Source: Amphiscolops sp. MND2022 (lineage: Eukaryota). From it: a DNA stretch of 64,000 bases. This document shows positions 25,401 to 37,204 of this stretch, in pieces (the first letter of the stretch is position 1; each line of letters starts with the position of its first letter). The translations under genes were made by a program, and so were the position numbers. The notes under the pieces were generated by a model. The model saw only the letters and a list, made by a program, of their open reading frames with translations. It did not search any database and was not told the DNA's origin. The stretch is taken from NCBI GenBank assembly GCA_964187785.1, contig OZ076409.1, forward strand, positions 28,150,001 to 28,214,000, given 5' to 3'.

Positions 25401-28400
25401 CAGTCCTACTTGAAATACAAGGAGTACTATGACCGAAAAGCCAAGGCAGCTCCTCTCAGCGAACAAGATTTTTGTTTTATCCTACAGCCTAAAGCGGATA
25501 ATCAAGGATCAAAAATACCATTTAGAGAATATCGCTGGATCGGTCCTTATCGAATTGAAAAGGTATTACCTAACGACAATTACATTGTCCGCCGGTTAAA
25601 TACGAATAAAACACAGATATTACACCGAATCCGCCTGAAAAAATTTGTTCCAAACACGTCTTTAGAGGACAAATATGCCAAAGAGAAATTGCAACCAGAT
25701 GATGAAATAATCATACCGCAAGATGATTTATACACCATCTCATGGGAAGCAGATTTTGACTACCATGTCTTCGAGCCGAGACGAGACGATAATACGGACG
25801 AAGAATCGCAAACACCAGACAGCGATGCTGGTGTCACGACTAGTGATTACGTCATTTATGACAACGCTGATGACAACGCGGTAAGGCCGGGGACGGCCAC
25901 CAGCCGAGACGGCACAATCACACGAGACGCAAATGACGTCACGGAATTGAATGAACGAACCAAAAAGAATGAAAATGAAGCGGGACCGAGTACGGCCGCT
26001 AGCTGAGACGCACCTATAGTGCATGACGAACATGACGTTAACGAGAATGCTGCGCGAGATGAACAAAGCAGCGAAACAGGAATGCCGAGAACGGCCACTA
26101 GCCGAAATAGCCACAATGGTGGCAACACACCACCTAGTTCAGGAAAGAACGCGAATGACGTCACAAATGAATTAGAAGGCGAGAAAAACTCTCTTGATGA
26201 GGGGGATGATATTACCGTGCCCGGAATATCGAATGAAAAAACAAATGAAAAAACTGATGAAAACTCTAGCCCTAGAGGGGGGAAATACAACCTTCGACCT
26301 AATCCCAACCCCAACTATACTGATGAATACAGATACTAGTCAGAAATGTTAAATTGTGTCCCTCTTTATTTTATTGCCCGAGATGGCATGTTTTTTCACT
26401 GGGACCTTTCTTACTTTAAAACAGACTAACTGCATAAATATACAAACAGAAAACTACTACGAAACAAATATACAAATTGAAAGTGTAAAATAACAAATGT
26501 TCTCTATGTACATTTAGTCTTTAGATGAGCCTTGACGCAGCTCCTTCACCGTCTTGGAAATCTCGCTAGGAGGGATGTCGCCGAAATAAGCCAATTCCTG
26601 GGCTTTACCAGCACAGCAGAGCTGGAAACAGAGGATGAACGAGACGTAGTGGCAACCACAGCAGTTGGAACTCCTTTCAGATTTTTGTAAGCCGTAGTTA
26701 ACGTTTTGAGGAAATGGGCTCGACCAAGAACGTCCACATGAGACCAGGGATCTCCGGCAAACTGGCATGAAATAAACTGGTCAGACAATTCTTTGTATGC
26801 AGCCAAAGCGGACTCAGTAGTGCAAACGGCTATCGCATCAGGGCAGTTGGCCAGATAAGACTGTGTAGGTAGAATCACAGCGGAAAGACGACAATTCGAA
26901 CTAGATGTATCTTCATCCTGGAATTTGACAGCTGGAAGGTCATGATGGTCCTCAGTGATGCAGAGACAACAGAGCCTTTATAGACGAGTAAGCACTGCGT
27001 AGGTAGTCCACAAACTCGAAATATTCATCTCGGCACTCGCTCTTAGAAGCTTCGTCTACCCAGCCTCGAACTCGCAAACTATCGTACAGGGAATCGAAAC
27101 AGAAAGTAACCTGGCTGAGCGGCAGAGAGAGCAATACGTGAGGGTCGAAACAACCCATCCCGTGCACAATGTTGGCGGTGAAATGCACGTTGCGCAACAG
27201 AGCCTCCAGTAAGGACACAATGTAACCTCGGGTCTCAATTCCAAAATTCTCCCTCTCTTTGGCAATGAGGGCATCAAGACTTTGTTGGCCTGGCTTTTTA
27301 TCATCTTGATGTCGTTTTATTTTGGCTCGACAAGCTTGGTCCAAGTCGGTCTCCAATTTCAACCGGCTCAGGAAATCACGGCTGGATAACTGTTTCAAGT
27401 CATCGGGGCACAATTGAAGGAGCTTAGTCCATTCGGCATCATCAGGAGTACAAGAATCGCCCTGTGACACAAGCGACGAATAAAGCGGCAGTTAGGAAGA
27501 AGCACATTTGGGTGCATGAGTTCTGGTAGGGAGATGGCTTCAAATCGGAATGGATATTGAATCCCATTCTTGAAAAGACCGCTGGTCTCAAGGGCGCGAA
27601 AGACCATTTCCGTAGACAAACAAAGTTGCATCTCGTCGTCCTGCCAGGCTGCGTTCAAAACACTTTGTATCTAAATAAAATACAGACTCAAAACGTGAAA
27701 ATGAAGCTCCATAGCAAAAGCGTGCTAAATATGACCTAGTGGCCGAGCGCGGCAATTGGAAAAAGATGGAAATTAGAACTAGACAAACATAGGAAAGGAA
27801 CTAACAATCTCGGACCAAACAGGAGAGGAACTCAAGCTTGACGGTGAAGAAGTCGTCTTGGATTATCACCCATTCTAGACTCTGTGGCTGAAAAGGGAGA
27901 TTACGCTTTCAAAGGAGTAAGATGCATGTTATACTGGCTTAAGACAACACTGGGAAATTGGGACCATCTTACACCGAAGCGGAATGAAAGGTTAAAGATA
28001 TACAAACCTTGTTCTTGACACCTTGCAAGACTTGTGTTGGGGCCGTCTTCGTCATGAAGTCAAGGACGTTCTTCCAGTGTTTGATGAGTTCAGTACACAG
28101 AGCTGGGATTTTCTTCAACTGAATGTCGCATGCAGCCGAAGCCTACAAAGTGGGGACGAAATAACATGGAAAGATCTGAGTTACGTTTACCACAAAAGGA
28201 AAACTCAACTACAAAACTGCTGACGAGGAAATAAAAACCAAAACGGTGGATCAAAAATAGATGAAAACCTTGCAAAGCTCCGGACACTGTAGGGCCCATG
28301 GCTGGCTCTGGCACCCGCGCAGAAAGACAACCAGATACTTGAGTTGTGTGAACATGTCGATTCGGCCGAAGACATGCTTAGTTTGAAGCACATTTGGGTG

Positions 28401-31400
28401 CATGAGTTCTGGTAGGGAGATGGCTTCAAATCGGAATGGATATTGAATCCCATTCTTGAAAAGACCGCTGGTCTCAAGGGCGCGAAAGACCATAGAGGAA
28501 CAGCCAGAAACACTGACCAAGCTGGGTTTGGAGGAAGTGGAAGACAATACGTGCGAGATGGCAGACAAATAACAATCTGGATAAGCCTCCCCTTGGTGGT
28601 GGCGATAAAGTTCAACTCTTGCCAGTGTGTCATTCTTCCAAAACCGGATCGATAGGCAACGGTAAACGCCCTGGGTGGTAAACTCAAGCGAATACAAACC
28701 ACTGGAGAAAACATGTCCTGAGATGTCGGAAAGTCCGCGCATGAAGATGTGGTGGAAGATGTTCTGAAAAAGAGAATATGGGCTCAATCGTAGTAATTTC
28801 ACAACGAATCACCATCAGGATTCTAGGAAAAGAAATACTTACGGTAAGTGTAGCGGACCCCCCGTCGAAAGAAGAAAACAGGGCCTGATGGTTGGTGAAT
28901 TGTCCGACTCTAGTCCAGAGACTTTGGAGTAGTGAGAAATTTCCGTCCTTGGGAATGAAGGTGCCAATCAGGGAAATTAGAGTGCTAGTCCTTAAGTCAT
29001 CAGGGTTAGTGATACCCCCAATGCTGGCCATATAATCTTCAAAAAACGGAAACCGATCTCCTGCTTCGATCAGAGGGACATCCATGAATAACGGTTTCTC
29101 TTTCTCTAATTCGACGGGAGTAAGCACCCAGTCGTCTTTGCCTCTGACTTGGTGAGTCACATTGCCGGTGATTTCGTCGGTTTCCTGCAAGTGTACATAC
29201 CTCCACTTCTGGTCCTTCCTCAAATGGCCCTCTGTCCTGTAGTGTCGCAAAATCTCCCTAGCGCCCTTGGAATATATTGACACGTTCGTTTTGCACAGCA
29301 TACAATAAAATTTGAATTTGTTGTGTACGGGATCGAGAGGCCCAGACACGAAAGTCCGAGTCCACTGGATGCCTTTAAAGTAAGCGTCTTTCATGACTTT
29401 TCCTGGCTTACTAAGCAGTTTCCTTCTTTTCCGCGGAGGACTGGGAGTAGCTACATCGGATCCTCGTGGCCGTCTAAGGACGGATAATGGCTGGTGGTCA
29501 GTGCTGCTGTATCCACTTCCGATAGTGGGAGTCGTGACCTCAGCGCGAGACGTGCTGGGAGTGAACCTAAAAGGCGTTTCAGGAAGTTTTGTTCTTGATC
29601 CAGTCTCACTTACCCCATCTATCCCAGATATGGACCCCACTTGATACGGGTCCTCGTCAAAATTGAACGCCCCGCTCGTATAGCCGTCACTGGTATTTCT
29701 TCCGAAACTGCCTTCATCACCTGAACTGCTAGAAGGCCGACGAGCTGGTGTAGGGCAACGCCGAGGCATACTTCTCTTCTTGTCTTGTGAAGTCCCACTA
29801 GTGGCATGTAGCAAGAGAGATTTCATCATGTGATAAGAAGATATCACAGACTCATCGGCAACAGTGCGAAGGATGGCGTGGACCTGATCCTCATTAAAGG
29901 CAATGGTCGTATGACCGGCTGGCAATTGGACGGGGGTGGCCTCTGCGAAATACTTCATAATGACCGATCTTCCTTTGACTGATAGTTGCCTATCGGAATT
30001 GGCAACCCTAGCGCGATATTGCTCCTGCTCTGTGTCGCTGTGGCCAGACTCGGCCCGGAATTCTCCCTCGAACTCGGAGAAAGCAGAAGGATCCCACGCC
30101 ATGGAGGACGTAATGGGAGGAAATGCATCTAGGCCAGAACTATCTAAAAGTTCTTCAGCATCGCTAGTGTCTCCATAAAGGGGAGCAGCTCCAGATTGCG
30201 AAGTCGACTCGGGCTCATTGGCAGGTCCAGTTTTCTCCTCGCTCACGTCCTGACTAACGACGATTGGGTCAGAGACAGAAACTTTCAAAAGTTCAGGGAA
30301 GATTGTCGACGTAACTGTGGCAGGCATAGGTATCGGTATGTCACTGATCTCAGATTCACGTGTTGGGAATTCCATACATGTGGCGATTCTTTCAATAAAG
30401 GCAGAGACGCTCTCCTCTGTAGACGGACTAGAAAAGGACGTTTGGGACAAAGGCCGGACAGGGTCAACTTGTGCTGCGTTACCTTGCTGCTCTACTTCAG
30501 TAGATCCGTTTCCATCACCACCGGGAACAGTGGATTTTGGCATTTCCTTCTCAGAAGACATATCTAAACAGAAGGATATAAAGTTTTGCGGATAACTTCC
30601 TGAATATGAGTCCATGAACAACTGCAATTAAAACCTTCCGGAAGTGAAAAGAAAATATTCCAAATGCTAAACTTGTTTAGTGAAAATGGACAGGAAGTCA
30701 ATGAACGAGAGGAAAAGCCCTGATCAAGCTTATTTCCGTTCAAAAATTGAAAAGACCAAATAGCTTACCTGCGGATGATGGACGTATAAGGACTGAAGGC
30801 AGTTGCTCACAAATGCAAGAGTATGTGTTGCACCAGTATGCTCGGAATAGCAATGAAGGACCGATGAGGCCAGATGAATTGCAGGAGTGAAAACGTGGAA
30901 GATGAATTGGAGAAGATTCCAAGAAGGAAAGTGACGGTAGTGGCGTCGGGACAGAAGCGTAAATAGCGACGGAAAGAAAATAAACTGTTCGCTGATGAAC
31001 TGATTTAAAATGATGAAGACTAAAAGACTGACTAAAGACCAAGTAAACAATGGATAAATACGAATATGGAAATGTAACAATTAATGAATTGGAAGAAGAT
31101 GAAAGTGATTGCAAGAGCAAAGTTGGAGTTCGTGGCAAACTGGATTTGATGTCAAATATTTTTACAATTATGAGAAATATTTTGTGGATGGAATCGGCCA
31201 GAGAAATCCACATTAGTTATATTTCGAAACATGCAATTTCATTATTTTATTATCCTGGTTATTTCAATAATTTATTATTTCCTTATTTGGATTATTATTT
31301 TAATTCCGCTATTTTGAAATGAAGGCGGTAAAGACGATTGCTATTGGCTGTCGCGGCGATGCGCCGCGCGTGGCCTTAAAACTTCATCACCCTCTCTTGA

Positions 31401-34400
31401 AATTCTCAAGTGGATATCAAGTGGAGATAAACACTCAGCGGTGTCATTGATGGCTCTTCGCCGCGTCGGGCAAACGACTGAAGTGATGATGTAAACAAGG
31501 CGGCTTGTTGGAACCATCAAAGGATGTTTAGGAGAATTTATTAGTGAAACGATCACCGGGAGAGATGAGACCCCGGGAAAAAATCATGAGACTTGAAAAT
31601 CTTTCAGACGAAGTCAGCAAGGAAAAGTTATCATTCTCTCTTCTGAAGCTTTCAATAACAGTTGGTTAGCGGAACTTGAAAATTCCAAAACTCATTCCAA
31701 TTCTTATAAAAATTGCTAAGAATTTCATGAATGCAAGATTCATGGCCGCCCTATACCCTGAAGACTTCCAAGGCGCAGCGCCCGGCGGTGTAGACATAAT
31801 CTGCCTATCCAGTGACGAAGAGGAGGAAATGGGCGACCAGAGCTTGAATTCAGTGCTAGACCTTCAATTGTCATCAGAACGATGAAGAGATGGATGACGA
31901 AATCATGATAATGGCCCAATGTGTCGAGGCGCAACTATCATCTCCTATCCCAATACCTGGTTCTTCAATAGCTCTGCGAATTAGAGATGAAGCCCCCCAA
32001 CATAACTTGCCAAGATATGGGACCTCTGGGACGAGCTTTGCAGTGAGGCCTACTCTCGACCAATCCTTCTTCTCACTAGGGAAGGGAAATGGCCCGATAC
32101 GGCGAGATGACCGCGTGCGCAACAATCACCCTATCAAGTTGTGTAGGGAAATCATTCCAATGGTAGATACACCTATGTCGCCCCCACCTGAAGAGAGAGG
32201 ACCAATTTACGATTCCTATTCGGTGGACGGTCAGAGCAAACTCTCCCGACAGTCCTTGGACACGGTTGCAAACCATTTCCAAGGAATGGAAATTGAGACG
32301 AACAGCCCAATGGGGAATTACTCAGACTGTGTGATATGTGGAAAATCTACCTTACAAATTCAGAGCGAAGCAGTCACGGATTATTTGCGCAAGACGGCCA
32401 TTTTGGGAGAATCGGCAGATCAGCTAGAGGCACGCAAAAGAGCTTTTATGGAAGGAATGCAGGTGGGCACTTTCCTATTACTACCAGGGGGAGTGTCGCA
32501 GGCTGCCGCCTGCGATGGCAACATCTACACAATTGACCATACGAGGCCAACCGCCCTACCTGGGACACTCCCATTGTAAACTAAAACTTTCAAACATTTA
32601 GTATTATTTTGAATATGTAATGTTGATTGATGAATTGTTTTATTATTTAAAATACATTTGACAGCAAGCTACACTGACAGGCAGAAAGGAAACGTGTTCA
32701 AATGTTTGCCTGTCCAGTATAGCTAGCTAAGCCGTCCATGGTCAATTGGCCAATCAGAGTGCAGTTTATAACAGCCACCTTATTACTCATTACGTAACTG
32801 CGCTAGTAGCTATTTAGAATGGACCAATACGGCCAATTAGCTTTGCCGGCCTTAATGTAATTTGATGCTATACTTGAATGATATTCAGTAACTACAAATA
32901 GGACGAAAGCGGCTATGTGACATAGCCGTCCCTATTCACTGTATTAATTGTCTTGGTGCTATACAGTAAATAAGGCCTACCACGGCCGGTTGACACGATG
33001 AACACTCAAGTGCTGTATACTGACCACATGAGATTGGTGTCACAATTGATTAGTGATGAAAAGACACAAGTAGCCCTCCCCCATGCAATAACAAAACGCA
33101 TATATTGTTGACATGTAGTGTTGCTTTTCGTATTATACTGGGATCAAATTAGAAAGCCCCAACGTTTACAGGCCGTATAGGGCTTACATGTATGTGCTCA
33201 AGTGTAATATTGTTTTGTGAAACTGAAAGGGAACTGGAAGTCCCTTACAGTTACTTACCATATGTATTTTACATGAATTATGTTTACATGTAAAAGTGTT
33301 GATATATATTACGTTACACACGAGTGTTATTACCTACTCGTCATATGGCCTAAACGGGCGCTTTGATCTAACCGCTCAAGTATGCCTACGATGATGTCAT
33401 GCTGCTATTTATAGTGCTGACGTATCTATTTTTAGTTTGCGTTGCTATTTTTAGTATCATGACCATAACAATTTTGCCTGTCATGCCCTCTGGTGTATAT
33501 ATACCCAAGTCGGCCTGACAAAGGTTAATCATAATTTTGCAGTTACCTGATACATCACGCTCATTTTTGATTAACCTGAAAATAGAAATACTTGTCCACA
33601 GGAACAATTCAAATATTTTCTCCTGGAATAACATTTTCAATGCCTTCTACGAGGAGACAAAAAGCCAAGTCTAGGAAATCCAGAGAATTAGATATGTTGT
33701 CCGATTACGGCAACATGGACGTGATGCTAGGTGAGAGAAATTCCAACTCTATAGAAAGAGAACTTGATAGCTTGATTAACGTCCCTGAGGGACAACGGGA
33801 CTTTCAGTCCTTTCCGAATAGAGAAAATTCATCTCAAGAAAATGAGATTAGAGACATCGATAGTAGAAATGAACCTGTTAGGGAAAGTAGACTGATAGAA
33901 TCTATCAATACACTATCTGGGGAAATGAATGCTAGGATGTCACGCGAGATGGAGTCTATGATGGACCTAATGCAATCACAGATTACCAGGGCCATTAGTT
34001 CTGCTATAAGCGAGAGAATTATTCCGGAAATACAGAATATGGTAGAAAATTTGCCTTTGGGCCAACATGACGTTGAGCCGGGTACGTCCTTAAATGAGGA
34101 AGGAATCAGGAATGCATGGAAGAATACAAATACAAGATTAACAAAGAAGGATTCAAGGTCCGCTTGTGATCTGAGAGACCACACGGACGTTAGCCCTTAC
34201 AGTTACCAACCGGCTTTCACAATCACCGGAAATGATCCAACATAAAACGACGCCCGCTAAGCACCGGGATATTTTCCGCTAAAAAAACGCATCAACGCAT
34301 CAGCCCGGGTTCGACCCGCGATCTCGTGTGGAGATGTGCTAATGAAAATGGGAAATTGGTCAAGTAACTAAATAGTCAAATAACTATATAAAATAGTCAA

Positions 34401-37204
34401 GTAGTTAAAATAGTCAAGTCATGGAAAGTGGAAATTTGGCAGAATTTTTTAAAAAAAACGCATCACAGATCATGATTTTCCTACCCCATTATATGTGGGC
34501 GGAAAATAACAAGCAAGCATGAAATCTGACTATCAGCAACCTCTTCGTAGCATTGCTGATCGGGTGCAAGTCTGGAAAGTTGGTACACGACAAAATCTTG
34601 ATGAAAGTATCCCAGAGTGAATAAACGCTGTTTTGGAGGCACGTGGCGCTTATACTGAATACTAATACTCTGTTCCTGTATCTATTCAATGTTTTCTTGC
34701 CACATAAACAGTCTTTGTCGGAATCGTTTTTAAGAACACAACCACACAGAAAATTGAAACAAAGTAAATTTTAGTAGATTGATTGGGAGTACAAATAAGA
34801 ACCTAAAAACATAAATCCCACTGGATTCCAATAATTCAACGTGTCCCATAAACATATCTAGCGGTTAATTAGTTTAAAGGCTATAGCCTTGTAAATAAAA
34901 AATATCTTTTGTTTTCTAATTTTATTGTTACAATTTCGAGAGGCACTATCAGGCTTTTTTCTCAGTAACGTTCCCAGTATTTAATTTTCTTCCACCTTTC
35001 TCCGTTAAGACTCGTCAGTCCAAATGTGACGTCATCAACTTGGCTGATCTTAAAATACTGATGCGCAGTTTGGGCCAGCCAATCAACGTAGAGCGACTGA
35101 AAGAGGCTCTGAATGTGTCAATGGACAAAGATGTAAGACATAGAATAGACGTGGACTTCCTGAGGTTCATAAAACAGCTGGAGCATCTAATTGAAGATCC
35201 GGAATCAGATGTCGACATACGGAACGCTTTCGCAACTCTAGAGGAGCTTTTGAGATCACATGAAGGCTAGTTGCATCAAGAAAAAGTTGGCCACATTCAT
35301 TTTCTAAGAAATATTGTTACCAGCTTCTTTGAGCTATTTTCTAAAGCATCGCAAACATAACAATTCTGCCTTGTATTTATTCAAAGACGCGGATTTTGAT
35401 TTTTTTGTAGGAGTGCACTCATAAATTTTTAGTCTCTTAAAAATTTATTGAACTTTAGAGCCTTTTTGATGTGGTGGAAATGGCTTTTCCAATTTCTCAA
35501 CTTACCTTTAATTCAGCTTATTAAAGCAAGATTCCCTTTAAAACTAACTGTTTTTCTTCTCAATTTTTTGGAACAGCAGAGAGCATTGTCATCTTGTTGA
35601 GACAGATTACTAAAAACAGTTAGTATAATTTATTCACGAAGATGAATAGATAAAGCACTTTTCAAGTTGCGCAATCTCTGTCATCAAATTCACCATGTTC
35701 GCAATTAGGCACAGTTAGCTGGTCATGATTTCAAAAGACATATAAGGCGTCCGTTTTTCTCAACACAGTGACCGATTGTTGCTGCTTCACCTTTTGTTAA
35801 ATTCTACACCATGTAAAAAAATCTCTGGGGATTTCAACAGGTTTTTCAAGCACGTTCGAGGTCTGAAAAGCGAGCGTTCGATCAATTTATTTCTAATGAC
35901 AGGTAATTAAATTACTTTTTCTGTGTTCAATTTTTTTCTATACTGTACACATGTTCGAGTTCCGGGAGAACATGCTCTCAGAGACAACCATGTCATTTCC
36001 AATTTGACAATATATTTGAATTAAATGATAATTTCCCGAATCCAGATAAAAAACTTTGTTTTGCAAAGTTAGTGTCTGATATCAAATGGATTATACAAAT
36101 ATATCCGGAAACGAAATTAAAAGCAGTTAGCTGTAAACATTACCAATGAACATCCTAAAATACCGTGCTCTGTAATTTCGAATGTAATTGTCAGCTCGTA
36201 ATTGCCGTATGTAACTACCATATTTGAATTACTCCAAGTGTTAAACCAAGGAGTTCATTATAATTTAGCAAACTTTTGGTTATAATTAAGCAAGATCGTC
36301 ATTCTCTTTTGCTCGTTATCATTTTTAGTTTCCTAATGCCAATCAAAAATACAAAAATACAAAAAAATCTAAGCCACGATCGTGCTACAATTATACCAAT
36401 TCTACTTTAAATGAAGAGCATTCCAATTTAGTTGAATACCGAAGCGGCGTTGACAGCCAATTAAAAACGACTTAAAACAAAAGCTATTCAATTCCAAAAT
36501 AAGTGAAGCAAATTATATTTCAAGTGAATTTAGTGAAGAATTAACTAACTTTCGGAAGCCAAATCAGCTAACTCAATCTCAATTTGAGATGAATAGAGAA
36601 TCATTTTAAATGAATATTGCAGAATGAGATGAAGTTTTCTTCCTCGCTGCTATCTAAACGTGTATATTCTCAGCGATTGATTCATTTAAAACTGGAATTT
36701 AATTCAAATGAACTGAAATTGTATTGCCTCGTTTTCCTCCGTTCACAGCCAGAGCTAACTTAGAGTGATATTGTTTCAGTCAATGTGGAAATATAAAGAG
36801 ACGCTATGGTTAAGATACGACTCAATTTTATTGGTCAATTCACTTGATGCGTAAACATGCTTCATTTAAAGTAAAATTGGTGTATTAGTACGAATCGTAG
36901 CATTATTGCCACTATAGACCGCAGTGTTTATGAAGACCAACCTTGGGAATTCAAAAATATATTTACTACAGAATTTTTGTGTCAAACCCAGTGATAATTT
37001 AACTTGTACGTAATTTTCGTTTTAGGATGCATTTACTTGGAAGATATGCAGAGTGTTGCTCACAAATTCTCAGACTACATTTCACCCGAAGAAGTAGAAG
37101 AGATGTTTGATGACCTCAATTTCTCAAAGACCTCTTGTTTGAATGTTGACGACTTTCTCTACACTCTCAAAACTGTCAACAAAACTCTGTTTTTGAAACG
37201 ATAA
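13417..37204 (+). CDS. Calmodulin/centrin-like EF-hand host gene; exons 13417-13524 (start uncertain), 35010-35265, 37026-37204; ~180 aa
   Basis: DVKEAYE..., LKILMRSLGQ, DVDIRNAF, ISPEEVEEMFDD...LNVDDF align with calmodulin helices; exon phases match (0, then 1); the second intron needs a GC donor (AG|GCTAGT at 35266). Confidence 0.7.
14994..16743 (+). mobile_element. Solo LTR A (1750 bp) of the same Gypsy family, TSD GCCGG
   Basis: TGTCGCAGGC...CATGACA; GCCGG at 14989-14993 and 16744-16748; TATAAATA at 16020; frameshifted gag-N ORF from 16163. Confidence 0.92.
17145..17215 (+). repeat. tRNA-derived (SINE-head-like) fragment
   Basis: A-box-like TGACCCAGTCC and B-box GGTTCGAACCC (17196-17206); acceptor stem does not close. 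Confidence 0.45.
17540..18150 (+). pseudogene. Degraded Tc1/mariner transposase, 5' part
   Basis: WTPEDFNRVIWS.GTKVNRFSSE near 17890-17960 resembles Tc1 WTxEDWxxVIWSDESKFNxFGSD; many stops and frameshifts. Confidence 0.6.
18241..19948 (+). repeat. 5' LTR of element 2
   Basis: Direct repeat of 32494-34201, about 25 substitutions counted by eye (~98.5% identity); TG...CA. Confidence 0.97.
19387..21089 (+). pseudogene. gag: gag of element 2, starting inside the 5' LTR; TCA>TGA nonsense at 19576-19578 and a frameshift near 20960
   Basis: 19387 and 19672 share a frame; 3' LTR copy has TCA at the stop position; capsid-like TFDGKTEKFELFE; two CCHC knuckles CSYCKAEDHFWKNC and CPTCSKTNHPAEKC. Confidence 0.88.
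19949..19962 (+). other. Primer binding site (tRNA not assigned)
   Basis: TGGTGACAGGAGCT directly after the LTR-terminal CA; TGG is complementary to tRNA CCA. Confidence 0.75.
21092..26339 (+). pseudogene. pol: pol of element 2, broken by several frameshifts and stops
   Basis: ORF fragments 21474-22346, 22586-24118, 24091-24501, 24489-26006 and 26019-26339 are highly similar to element 1 Pol (LIDTGA, YVDD, integrase DDE, YNLRP tail). Confidence 0.95.
26514..30615 (-). pseudogene. Antisense 5-exon homolog of the element 1 zinc-finger gene (30615-28843, 28763-28269, 28142-28008, 27887-27806, 27670-26514); last exon disrupted
   Basis: Shared motifs (FKGIQWTRTFVxGPLDP, FYCxxCKTNVS, PQSLEW, LSxRDFLSRLKL, GDPWxHV); GT-AG introns; 109-bp insertion and frameshifts in the last exon. 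Confidence 0.85.
31727..32579 (+). CDS. Sense accessory ORF of element 2 (+1 frameshift near 31877), ending inside the 3' LTR
   Basis: ORF pieces 31676-31885 and 31890-32579 are homologous to element 1 10055-10896; PPT 32484-32493 lies in the PGG(V) codons. Confidence 0.8.
32494..34201 (+). repeat. 3' LTR of element 2, with intact gag-N ORF from 33640
   Basis: Direct repeat of 18241-19948; preceded by CCAGGGGGAG. Confidence 0.97.
34202..34475 (-). mobile_element. Short non-autonomous element (possibly Helitron-like) split by element 2; other part at ~18200-18240
   Basis: Minus strand starts TC after A at ~34475 and ends CTAA at ~18200; short internal repeats (AAATAGTCAA); interrupts the Tc1 relic. 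Confidence 0.3.
34486..34665 (+). pseudogene. Degraded Tc1 transposase C-terminus
   Basis: ESIPE*INAVLEARGAYTEY* matches the Tc1 C-terminal SMPxRxxAVIxAKGGxTKY*. Confidence 0.65.

Larger units (their letters stand above)
18241..34201 (+). mobile_element. Complete Ty3/Gypsy element 2 (15961 bp), degenerate, TSD GTTAC
   Basis: Two 1708-bp LTRs; GTTAC at 18236-18240 and 34202-34206; PBS, PPT, gag and pol present. Confidence 0.97.
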
